In this document: one piece after another, positions 30,293 through 39,200 of the stretch
Position numbering within the stretch: the first letter of the stretch is position 1
Layout of the letters: each line of letters begins with the position of its first letter
UHGV virus genome: UHGV-0084588
Length of the DNA: 64,000 nucleotides
Origin: a virus
Strand: one strand, 5' to 3'
Position numbers and translations under genes: made by a program
The notes under the pieces: generated by a model
The model's database searches: none
Seen by the model: only the letters and a program-made list of their open reading frames with translations
Told to the model about the DNA's origin: nothing

Positions 30293-30578
30293 TACCGACG
30301 AAACGAATTTACAGCGCTTGCAACGGGCACTAACTGCACCGCTAGGTGGCGAGATTCACGAACGTTGGGTAATTGCGAGGGTGGTAGAAATTGACTATTC
30401 TCAGGATCAGTTGCTGTTAAATAACTGCTCGTCGAACGTGCCTTTCACGTTACCGCGTGCTGTATTCCGCCTTACCCCCAACGTTGATGAAATACTGACT
30501 ATTGACAGGAAACTTCTATCGATAGAACTTCAGCATTTCCCGCTACCTGGTAAGTCGGTTAATATTGCGCTGTGTTAA
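30270..30578 (+). CDS. hypothetical protein (about 102 aa)
   Basis: Track ORF 30159-30578 trimmed to the in-frame ATG at 30270, which overlaps the upstream stop by 23 nt. Confidence 0.4.
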   Translation: MSSQNHTNTDETNLQRLQRALTAPLGGEIHERWVIARVVEIDYSQDQLLLNNCSSNVPFTLPRAVFRLTPNVDEILTIDRKLLSIELQHFPLPGKSVNIALC

Positions 30579-30597
30579 TGACAGTCTAAAAAACTTA

Positions 30598-30632
30598 AGA
30601 TATATTTCATCTATGTGAGAATTCTCACTTAA
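30598..30632 (+). promoter_or_regulatory. promoter-like AT-rich motif plus palindrome (variant copy)
   Basis: GATATATTTCATctatGTGAGAattCTCACTTAAC upstream of 30652. Confidence 0.35.
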
Positions 30633-30651
30633 CTAAATGGAGTAATCTAAA

Positions 30652-30921
30652 ATGGCTAAGATTTACATTGTTGAGAAACGTGCGGGTAATGTTCTTTCTT
30701 ATTACGAAGAAGGTAAGCCTGAGAAAATCAAAACACTCAAACTCGACGGGTACGATGTGAAGAGTTTACGTAAGGGTGTGAAGATTACCTTTAAAGGTCT
30801 GGTTCGCGCAGGTAACCTACACATTGTTAAGACTGACGGTACGATGGCTGCGTTAGCACCTGTCAGTGCTGCGAAAACGACAGCAGGTCGTGGCTGCTAC
30901 GGTAGCAGTCGTAAGATTTAA
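30652..30921 (+). CDS. hypothetical basic small protein (89 aa)
   Basis: ORF preceded by a promoter-like element and SD aatggag; terminator downstream. Confidence 0.45.
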   Translation: MAKIYIVEKRAGNVLSYYEEGKPEKIKTLKLDGYDVKSLRKGVKITFKGLVRAGNLHIVKTDGTMAALAPVSAAKTTAGRGCYGSSRKI

Positions 30922-30928
30922 GCAGTGC

Positions 30929-30968
30929 CCCTCTCTCCGTTTGGAGAGAGGGTACTTTTATTTTTCTT
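30929..30968 (+). terminator. rho-independent terminator (hairpin copy 2)
   Basis: CCCTCTCTCC-gttt-GGAGAGAGGG followed by tacttttatttttcttc. Confidence 0.65.
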
Positions 30969-30979
30969 CGAGGTGTGTG

Positions 30980-31468
30980 ATGACAACGGTATTAGTAACA
31001 AAGGATTACATTTTAGCTGACCGACTTGTGGATTATGGTGGCACGGTTAAAGAATTGCCCAAACTGCACAAACACAAAAACAAGTTTGTTTTCTACACGG
31101 GAGAACGTGTACTGGACACCGAATTTTGGAAAATATCGATTACCGCTGCTATAGAAGAATATTTAGACGAGGATAAACGTCAGAAAGTTGAGCCCTTGCT
31201 TGCAGATCTTTTCGAAAAAGAGCGAATATTCGATCAAATCGTCATTTTTACGGCTAGAGAAACACATTGGTTGACATTAGTGGCAGATAAGTTTAAAACG
31301 TTTGTAATAAATAAAAATGCGGTTTGGGCAACGGGTTCTGGTGGAGGATTTGCGCGGGCTGCTTGGGCAACTGGAATATCAGAAAAGAAAATTATGCCAT
31401 TGGTAGGTTCTATTGATCCGTCTAGCTCGACCACTTACGACTTGTTTTACAGGAAGGGTTTACGATGA
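30980..31468 (+). CDS. hypothetical protein (about 162 aa)
   Basis: Track ORF 30866-31468 trimmed to the ATG at 30980, downstream of the 30929-30968 terminator. Confidence 0.5.
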   Translation: MTTVLVTKDYILADRLVDYGGTVKELPKLHKHKNKFVFYTGERVLDTEFWKISITAAIEEYLDEDKRQKVEPLLADLFEKERIFDQIVIFTARETHWLTLVADKFKTFVINKNAVWATGSGGGFARAAWATGISEKKIMPLVGSIDPSSSTTYDLFYRKGLR

Positions 31469-31986
31469 AGATAAATGCGGTTTTAATCGGCGATGAAATA
31501 TTCGTGAATACAAAAACACAATATTTGTATTACGAAGGTATTACTGTAATAGACGATTATTACGGTAAATACGGTTGGTGGATTCCGTCCCCTAACTCTT
31601 TACGATTAGAAGATGCATTAACCGCCGAAAAGAACAAATTGGATACCGATTGGACTTATATCAGTTCCGTAATTGACGCCAGTGGCCGAATTAAAGATGT
31701 CTACTGGACTAAGGAGTCAGGTTGGCGCGTTACGCTTCATCAACCCGCACCGGTAAGAGTGCTGTACGATCACTCGGACAGTTCAGAATTAGCGTTTACC
31801 ATTGAGACGCTCTCGCTACGTAAAGATTTAGATAACGTAGGTAAAGGGAAGTGGTCGATTGAGCGTGTAGAGGAGATTCTCAGTCACTTTAAAGCCAACA
31901 ACAAATTTAAACGTTGGTGTACATTACCTGAGCTAGTAGAGGAGTTGAAAAAGCGGGGTTGCAAGCCGCTACCTTTTAATCCGTAG
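31465..31986 (+). CDS. hypothetical protein (173 aa)
   Basis: ORF start overlaps the upstream stop (ATGA). Confidence 0.5.
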   Translation: MKINAVLIGDEIFVNTKTQYLYYEGITVIDDYYGKYGWWIPSPNSLRLEDALTAEKNKLDTDWTYISSVIDASGRIKDVYWTKESGWRVTLHQPAPVRVLYDHSDSSELAFTIETLSLRKDLDNVGKGKWSIERVEEILSHFKANNKFKRWCTLPELVEELKKRGCKPLPFNP

Positions 31987-32032
31987 TCTTTTTTACAACT
32001 GCGGCTATTCTAATGATTAGGAGAATATAGAG

Positions 32033-32428
32033 ATGACCGCAATATTAGGTATAATGTCAAGAAAAGCTGATGCCATTACGACATTTATTGACCAATATAA
32101 CAACTCACCGTATACACGTCTTAGATTGCGTAAACCCCAGAATAGTACAGAATGGGTTCGCTGGTTTAATATTTGGGATAAAACAATAAGTAAAATCAAT
32201 CCGTTATTCAGAATTAGGGTTGAGCCTGCTTATTGGATTGTAATGGAAATATCGCTATTACGTATTATCGAAAAACGTCCTATAGACGTAAAGACGATGT
32301 TTGGGGTAGATACGTATAAAATGTTGAACAATGGTTTTGTGGGTAATGGGGAACACACGTTGTATCAAGCGATGCTGGAAATGTGTTTGTTCGATTTAGT
32401 TACTTACGAATTGGGGATTTCAAAATGA
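32033..32428 (+). CDS. hypothetical protein (131 aa)
   Basis: ORF with SD aggaga upstream. Confidence 0.45.
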   Translation: MTAILGIMSRKADAITTFIDQYNNSPYTRLRLRKPQNSTEWVRWFNIWDKTISKINPLFRIRVEPAYWIVMEISLLRIIEKRPIDVKTMFGVDTYKMLNNGFVGNGEHTLYQAMLEMCLFDLVTYELGISK

Positions 32429-32889
32429 ATTGCTTCGAATCTAAAGAAATTGTTGAGTTGTTTAAGCAGCGTGAGAAAACCGCTTTCCGTGACCTGTACG
32501 ATTCTGATTATCGTCCACTGTTTGCGGTATTAATGCGACTGGATAAAGAACCCGAAGTCGCGTTAGCAGAGGTACAGCACCACCACGTCAGTTTCGTATT
32601 AACCGAAAACATGAGCCGGTGGGTAGATGCTATGCTGATCCGTATTGGGCTCTTGGAAACACCACACCGTTGGGAAGTGGTTATTCAGAAATCATTATTC
32701 CCACGGGAAGACATTTTCAACAACTATCGTCCGAAACAGTATTACAACCACGACGGGTCGCCGAAACGTGCTTTTCTGGCACCGCAACACTTCGTAACCT
32801 ACGTAACGTTGCGTTACAAAGACACCGTGGTGCCGTTTGACACCTACCTGGAAATGCGTGAGATAATTTTAGGGAAGAATCCGTCATGA
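32425..32889 (+). CDS. hypothetical protein (about 154 aa)
   Basis: Track ORF 32383-32889 trimmed to the ATG at 32425, which overlaps the upstream stop. Confidence 0.45.
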   Translation: MNCFESKEIVELFKQREKTAFRDLYDSDYRPLFAVLMRLDKEPEVALAEVQHHHVSFVLTENMSRWVDAMLIRIGLLETPHRWEVVIQKSLFPREDIFNNYRPKQYYNHDGSPKRAFLAPQHFVTYVTLRYKDTVVPFDTYLEMREIILGKNPS

Positions 32890-33368
32890 TTCAATTTTCC
32901 GTTGATGCAGAAAGATTGGCGTCATTTAAAGAGCGTGCTCAGCTTGCAATCAAAAACGGCTATATTGAAAAAGGAGTTCGTGACACCTGTAAGCTAATCA
33001 ACGACCATCCACATTTGGCGACAATGTGGAGTTGTGAAGGCCACGGTATGTATTCTAAGTCACCTGGAAATCTGCATATCGTTTTTGCAACAGACGCTAT
33101 TGGAAGTCAGATTCCAATGCAGATTATGTCTATACTTGCAAAATCGGATTTACCGAATTTCTGGAATCTTAGTTTGTGTCGTCTTTATATACCAGATGCG
33201 TACACGGATTTGGTATATCTTGAACCTGACTACGGATTAAATACCGACGACACTTCTTACTGGTCTTGGAAAATCGGATACATGTGCTTGATTAATCGCC
33301 CTGCGTTAGTTGAGACACGTCAAGCTCTTTATAAAGCATTTCACACAGTATTAGTTGAGAATAAATAA
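32886..33368 (+). CDS. hypothetical protein (160 aa)
   Basis: ORF start overlaps the upstream stop (ATGA). Confidence 0.5.
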   Translation: MIQFSVDAERLASFKERAQLAIKNGYIEKGVRDTCKLINDHPHLATMWSCEGHGMYSKSPGNLHIVFATDAIGSQIPMQIMSILAKSDLPNFWNLSLCRLYIPDAYTDLVYLEPDYGLNTDDTSYWSWKIGYMCLINRPALVETRQALYKAFHTVLVENK

Positions 33369-34060
33369 TGGCTACCAAACAAAAGAAACCTCGTAACAAA
33401 AAGTATAACCCGAAAGCAGCTGCTAACCGTACCGCGCACACCATCGCTGAAAATGCGTTAAACCGCATTACTTTCGTCGGTAGCTCTATTCGTCCTATCG
33501 GTCCGTACGCAGGTCGTGGTTTCCAGTTTACAACGTCACCGCGTATGCGCATGGCAGCGACTGATATGTTAATCGGTGGTCTGTTTGACGAACCGCGTAA
33601 CTGGAAACTTTGGGTTGCGCATCTCTACGAAACAGATAATGGTGTACAGGCAGAAACCATCGTTGCAACGCTTGACGACTACACGTTAAGTGATTTCTGT
33701 CAGCACGGTGACAAAATCATTAAATCGCTACGTGAGACAGAAGAAAACTACTTCGGTTACGCTTTCGTTGCTGCACCTAACGAACGTTATGATTTTGACC
33801 AGGGAGAAGAACGCTTACTGGAAAACTTCATGCATTCTGGACTGTTAGACAAATCCCTACACTTACCTGAAGAAGAACTGATGGTTACGCGTAAGGATAT
33901 GGTAACGTTGCTGTTAGCCGATCGTGGTCGTTTTGATGTTACCGAATCCCATGTACGTAAAGTACAGAAGCTCGTGGATAAGGTCGACGAAACTGACCTG
34001 GACACTAGTGAAGTCGCAACGCGTATCCAATCGGTAGTCAATCAGGAAGAGGATTACTAA
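33368..34060 (+). CDS. hypothetical protein with basic N-terminus (230 aa)
   Basis: ORF; N-terminus KQKKPRNKKYNPK is Lys/Arg-rich. Confidence 0.5.
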   Translation: MATKQKKPRNKKYNPKAAANRTAHTIAENALNRITFVGSSIRPIGPYAGRGFQFTTSPRMRMAATDMLIGGLFDEPRNWKLWVAHLYETDNGVQAETIVATLDDYTLSDFCQHGDKIIKSLRETEENYFGYAFVAAPNERYDFDQGEERLLENFMHSGLLDKSLHLPEEELMVTRKDMVTLLLADRGRFDVTESHVRKVQKLVDKVDETDLDTSEVATRIQSVVNQEEDY

Positions 34061-34062
34061 AC

Positions 34063-34593
34063 GTGATAGCGCGACTTGCGAGTCGGTTTAAGCAACGTCG
34101 GGCAAAGGCGGTCGAATGGCCGCCTATTACGCATGACGAGAAAGTAGTTTCTTTTTTGGAATATAACAAAGACCTGAAAAGATTAGGTGAGTTAATGCAC
34201 TTAACGGAACGTCAGGTTTTTGCTAAGATTTCAAGTAGTGTTTTACGTAAACAGGTAATTCCACACCTATCCTTTTCAGGGCAGGTTTTTGCAATAGCGA
34301 CAGAGGAATTTTTATCGATAGCGGGGAATGAAACCCCACGTATACGGTACTCAGTTACAGGTTCATCAGATGCGGTTGGTACAGTTGATTTCGGACGGTT
34401 GTATCAGAGCATTAAAAGTACGGGCCATATACATGTTAAACGGGTATCAGAAACTTCTGTAGTGATTTATCACCGTACTGAGAATGATTTGTTCGGGCGT
34501 GTTATAAGGCTAACAAACTTACGCAGTTTTTACGTTGATTTGCTTACAGAGTTTTATCCAGAACCATGGTGCTTTATAGATGAAAATAAATGA
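34063..34593 (+). CDS. hypothetical protein (176 aa, GTG start)
   Basis: GTG start with SD aggaagagg upstream. Confidence 0.5.
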   Translation: MIARLASRFKQRRAKAVEWPPITHDEKVVSFLEYNKDLKRLGELMHLTERQVFAKISSSVLRKQVIPHLSFSGQVFAIATEEFLSIAGNETPRIRYSVTGSSDAVGTVDFGRLYQSIKSTGHIHVKRVSETSVVIYHRTENDLFGRVIRLTNLRSFYVDLLTEFYPEPWCFIDENK

Positions 34594-34792
34594 CGGATAT
34601 ATCATCACGGCAATTGTTTCAACTGCGCTGATTGTAACAATGTTGATGTTCTACGTTAAGACTTCCGACGAATCACGTAAAGAATCTCTTTATCGTGAAT
34701 GTATGGCAGGTACTACGGTAGATAATCCACGCTACGCTGAATTGGTAATGGCGTGTACGGATTACGCTAAACGAATGGGAGGTGGAGGATGA
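34580..34792 (+). CDS. small membrane protein (70 aa, one TM, two Cys)
   Basis: N-terminal hydrophobic helix YIITAIVSTALIVTMLMFYV; paralog of the next ORF. Confidence 0.4.
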   Translation: MKINDGYIITAIVSTALIVTMLMFYVKTSDESRKESLYRECMAGTTVDNPRYAELVMACTDYAKRMGGGG

Positions 34793-34986
34793 AAATTTGG
34801 TTACCGATTCTAGTTTTTATCCTTATCGCAGGAGCACTAGCAAGTGCTGAGTACGATAATCGTGTTCTAGAAACAAAGCGCGAACTGTATCAGGACTGTA
34901 TAAAGGATTACACACCGGGTACAGAGCTTCATGCACAGGCTGTAAAAAGTTGTGCACTGATGGCCGAATCGCAGACTCGTTCCTAA
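34789..34986 (+). CDS. small membrane or secreted protein (65 aa), paralog of 34580-34792
   Basis: N-terminal hydrophobic segment WLPILVFILIAGALASA; shares the LY..C...T......A....C pattern with the upstream ORF. Confidence 0.4.
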   Translation: MKIWLPILVFILIAGALASAEYDNRVLETKRELYQDCIKDYTPGTELHAQAVKSCALMAESQTRS

Positions 34987-35360
34987 TGCGAATCTGGACG
35001 CTACAACTCGCTAAGTGGCGATTAGCTAAGCAGAAAGGATTTCGCGCAGTGGATATCACTGTGAAGTCAGGGCGAAAGGAACTCGCCCCAGACTGGGATT
35101 TCCTAATGGCGTATAAAAACTCTGCCCAAGACGCCGCCGCTGAGCGTGAATACACGATAAAGTATTTGTACAAACTCGAACGACTGTTAGATACCGATGC
35201 CGAAACGTTGGTCTCGTTGCTTAGACACGAAGATTTGGTTTTGATGTGCTATTGTCCCGCAGGTAAGTTTTGTCATCGTCACCTACTGGCGAACAAACTT
35301 CAAGAAGTGGGAATGACGTTCGGTATCGATGTTGAGTTATGTGGAGAACTAACGGTCTGA
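34986..35360 (+). CDS. hypothetical protein (about 124 aa)
   Basis: Track ORF 34950-35360 trimmed to the ATG at 34986 (TAATG overlap with upstream stop); terminator downstream. Confidence 0.45.
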   Translation: MRIWTLQLAKWRLAKQKGFRAVDITVKSGRKELAPDWDFLMAYKNSAQDAAAEREYTIKYLYKLERLLDTDAETLVSLLRHEDLVLMCYCPAGKFCHRHLLANKLQEVGMTFGIDVELCGELTV

Positions 35361-35386
35361 TTTGATATTTAGCTGCAAAATGACCG

Positions 35387-35431
35387 CCTACCGCCCGATT
35401 CTATGGGCGGTAGGTGTTTTTATTTTTTTTT
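35387..35431 (+). terminator. rho-independent terminator before the fibre module
   Basis: CCTACCGCCC-gattctat-GGGCGGTAGG followed by tgtttttattttttttt. Confidence 0.65.
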
Positions 35432-35447
35432 GATCTGGGAGGTTTTA

Positions 35448-36008
35448 GTGACTGCTTACGTACCTGATTTAAGTTTGTCCTCAGCCGAACTAGTGGTCGC
35501 TTTAATCAACCACGATAACGGTTCACGGTTGTCTCTAAGCGAAATCCGTATTAGCAACACTACGGCAAACCCATCCCCGACCACTTCGCGTCGTAACACA
35601 CTGACAGAGATTACAAAAATCAGGAAACCTGATGGTGCTTCTGTAGTTGTTTATTACGACCGTTTGGATGCGGACGAAGTGTTAGCGTCTGAACCTATTT
35701 TGATTTCGTTAGATGGTACTGAAGACAACCTTCGTGACATTTTAGGTGTTGTAAATGAATTCTGCGGAACGAACTTACAACCCGAGGATTTACGTGCTTC
35801 AGATATCACCTTAGGTAAAGAACCCATTGCTGTCAACGTTGCTGACGATTCCCCTGCGTGGATGAATGCGTTTATGGTGACGTTATTTGATACAACCGAA
35901 CGGGCATTGGCAAACGAAGAAGATGCAATCTTCTGTATTGATGATGAGGCCGTTCTTACCTTTGAGGTTCCAGATGACGGTACGGCTGAAGAAAATCCGG
36001 CTATATGA
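35448..36008 (+). CDS. fibre-module accessory protein, member of a six-copy paralogous family
   Basis: GTG at 35448 preceded by gggagg; the track start at 35403 falls inside the terminator hairpin. Paralog of 42163-42678. Confidence 0.5.
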   Translation: MTAYVPDLSLSSAELVVALINHDNGSRLSLSEIRISNTTANPSPTTSRRNTLTEITKIRKPDGASVVVYYDRLDADEVLASEPILISLDGTEDNLRDILGVVNEFCGTNLQPEDLRASDITLGKEPIAVNVADDSPAWMNAFMVTLFDTTERALANEEDAIFCIDDEAVLTFEVPDDGTAEENPAI

Positions 36009-36212
36009 GCTTGACGCTTTTACTGGTAATGGAGGCCAAAGTAAACTTTTATCAAGACTTAGTAAACCCAGATCATGAGAACGCGGAATTGGACATCACT
36101 TTCACGTTAGAAGTTGATGGATTAAAACCAGTATAATAATCCGCTTATAAAAATGTTGGGGAGGTGCTTTACCTCCCCAGATCTTTTAGCTCCAGATAGA
36201 GAATTAAATATC

Positions 36213-39200
36213 ATGGCTAAAGCGGTAAAGAAAATACGTTTACACGATTTGCGTCCATACACCGGGGATATCGGTGAAGGCGTTTTACTTTTTTCGAAAG
36301 ACGAAAAAGATTATAAGTTACCCGTCCGCGAAATCGTTGCGGATATTGACACCGTCAGAAACGCGGTTGCTGATGCACAAACAGCTGCAGCCAAATCGCA
36401 GCAGTCTGCAACAGAAGCTACGCAAGCAAAAAATTTAGCGGAAACCGCGAAGCAACAAACTGACACGTTAGCTTCCACAGTCAGTGAGCAAGCGGGAACC
36501 GTTGCCACTAAAACTGCTGAAGTTAACAAAAAACACGCTGAAGTTTTAGCAGCGAAAACTGCCGTAGATACTGTTTCACAATCAGTAAATGAGAAGGCTC
36601 AAGCTGTCGCCACATCCGAACAATCTGTGACGGCTACGGCGGCTGATGTAACTAAGAAAGCAGAAACGGTTACGCAACAGGCCGGACAAGTTCAACAGAC
36701 GGCTACCAGCGTTGAAAATACCGCAGCTTCAGTCGAGGCCAGTAAAGGTGCAGTGGAGAAAATCGCTGCACAGGTCGCGAAAGATAAAGAAAGCTCAGAA
36801 GGGGCAGCTACGCGTTCGGAGTCAGCTGCCCTACGTGCGGAGAAAATCGCTGCCCAAGGATTAGTTGACGCTACTACAACCGGTAAAGGTATTGTTAAAC
36901 TTAACGATACCCTGACAAGCGATTCCGTGACTGAGGCTGCTACACCGTCCACGGTTAAACAGCTGAACGACGATTTACAGTTAAAAGCCAATAAACATTC
37001 GCCGAATTTTACGGGTAACCCGACATCCCCAAAACCGCCGAAGGACTCGAATGACACGAGTATCTCCACAACGTCCTGGGTGCGTGACGCGATTGCGGAA
37101 TTGGTTGGTTCTTCACCCGAGACGCTAAATACCTTAGCGGAATTAGCTGAGGCGTTAGGTAATGACCCTAACTTCGCAACAACGATCACTGAGGAACTTG
37201 CGCAGAAACAACCTCTCAGCCCGTTACTCACCGCTATTGCCGCAGTCACCACAGCGGCAAACAAACTCATGTATTTCACCGGCAGTAATAAAGTCGGATT
37301 AACAGATTTTACAGAAACGGCCAGATCCTTGTTAGCGAAAGGGTCAACTGCGGATATCATTAACTTCCTGGGTTTGAAACCCACCGTTGATAAAGCAAAC
37401 GGCGCATTACAGAAAAACTCTAACGGTGCTGATATCCCAAATAAAGAAACTTTTGCTCGCAACATCGGCCTATCTCCTGATACCTATCTGCGTTTCCGTG
37501 GCGAAATGCCTGTAGATGCTGATATTAACACATTTGCTCCAGATGCTAATTACACAGGAACATGGTCCAAGTCGACATCAACCAATGCGTCGATGGCAAA
37601 ACACTTCCCAGAAGACGGTGCAGTCGGTTATCTGGAAGTGTATAAAGCGGGCAACTACAGTGGAGCGCAACGTTTTACCTGCCGTAATGGTAACGTGTAC
37701 AACCGTATGTTGTCAGGTGCGTGGAACGGAACTAATGGCCCGTGGTCACCGTGGAGAATGGTAACTACCGGTGTACGTCCGTTATCTACATCGATCGATC
37801 TGAACTCCTTAGGCGGCGCTGAGCACATGGGTAACTGGCGTAACTCGTCCAGTTCGTTAGCGGTGTTCGACAGACATTATCCTGAAGAGGGCGGTAATGC
37901 GCAAGGCGTATTAGAAGTCATGGAAGGCGGTCTTTATGGACGGTTGCAACGATACACCACACGACATGGTACGATGTATGTCCGTGGTTTGACTGCGACT
38001 TGGGATTCTTCTAATCCGCAGTGGGAAGATTGGATTCAGGTTGGGTATCAGGTAGACGGTGCCTACTATAAGGGTAGCTTTAACGACTTAACTAAACCGG
38101 GCCGCTTTAGTGTTACCGGTGAGGCTACAGACAGTCCGTTAACAGACTCTGCTGGCGCAACCTTGCTAGGTGTTTGCGAAGTTACCTTACGCTTAGACGG
38201 TTCAGGCGTTGAACAAAATTATACCACATACGGTACAGGCGCAACTTCGAAAGGTCGCAAGTTCCAACGAATTCGTACAGGAAACGCCTGGAGCGAATGG
38301 CGAGAGATTTTCACATCCTATTCACTCCCGTTGACTTTAGGGATCGGTGGGGTTGCTGCTAAGGTCGATCCGTTAGACTGGCAAACATTCGACTTCGTTC
38401 CTGGCCAGATGATAAGTACACCGTTGAATACCATGAAAAATATTCCTGCGGGAATGGATTGGGGTGTTATCGACGGTAACTTGGTCACTATTCTTGTAGG
38501 GGCGTCGGAGGACACCGGTACTGGCCGGAGTATGTTGGTCTGGCGTGGTACAGTGTCTACTGCTAACTATCGCTTCTTTGCTGTTCGCGTCGCTGGTGAA
38601 AAGGGTAAACGTACTATTACTAGCCGCCAGATGCCCGTATTGAATGCAGCGCATACGTGGGCAGAAAAACAGACCTTTGCAAAAGGGTTATCGGGCGAAT
38701 TGACAGGTAATGCGTCAACGGCAACAAAACTGAAAACAGCCCGTTTAATCGGCGGTGTAAGTTTCGACGGTAGCGGCGACATTAGCCTCCCTGGTGTGAA
38801 CCAACAGGGTAATCAAAACACCTCTGGGAACGCGGGAACCGCAACCAAATTACAAACGGCTCGAAACATCAACGGTGTGAAATTTGATGGGTCTAGAGAC
38901 ATCAATATCAACACGTTGGTAGGACGTGGACGTGTTACTGCACTGTCTGGTTCAAACAAAGGTACACCCGGTATTCAGATGTACGAAGTTTACAATAACG
39001 GTTATCCAACCGCTTATGGTAACTTACTGCATTTGGGTGGCGCTACTGCGCTAGGTGAAGGCGAGCTGTTAATCGGATGGCCGGGGACGAGCGGTGCGCA
39101 CGCGCCTGTTTATATTCGTAGTCGACGTGATACGGCTGATGCACCGTGGTCAGATTGGGCACAAGTTTACACTGCCCGTGACAGCATTCCTGGCGTAAAT

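Noticed and set aside
36692-37465. 257-aa minus-strand ORF inside the tail fibre gene (and smaller ones at 38318-38782 and 39212-39790)
   Set aside because: They lie antisense to the repeat-rich fibre gene, whose Ala/Thr/Gly codons leave the opposite strand open; no gene context.
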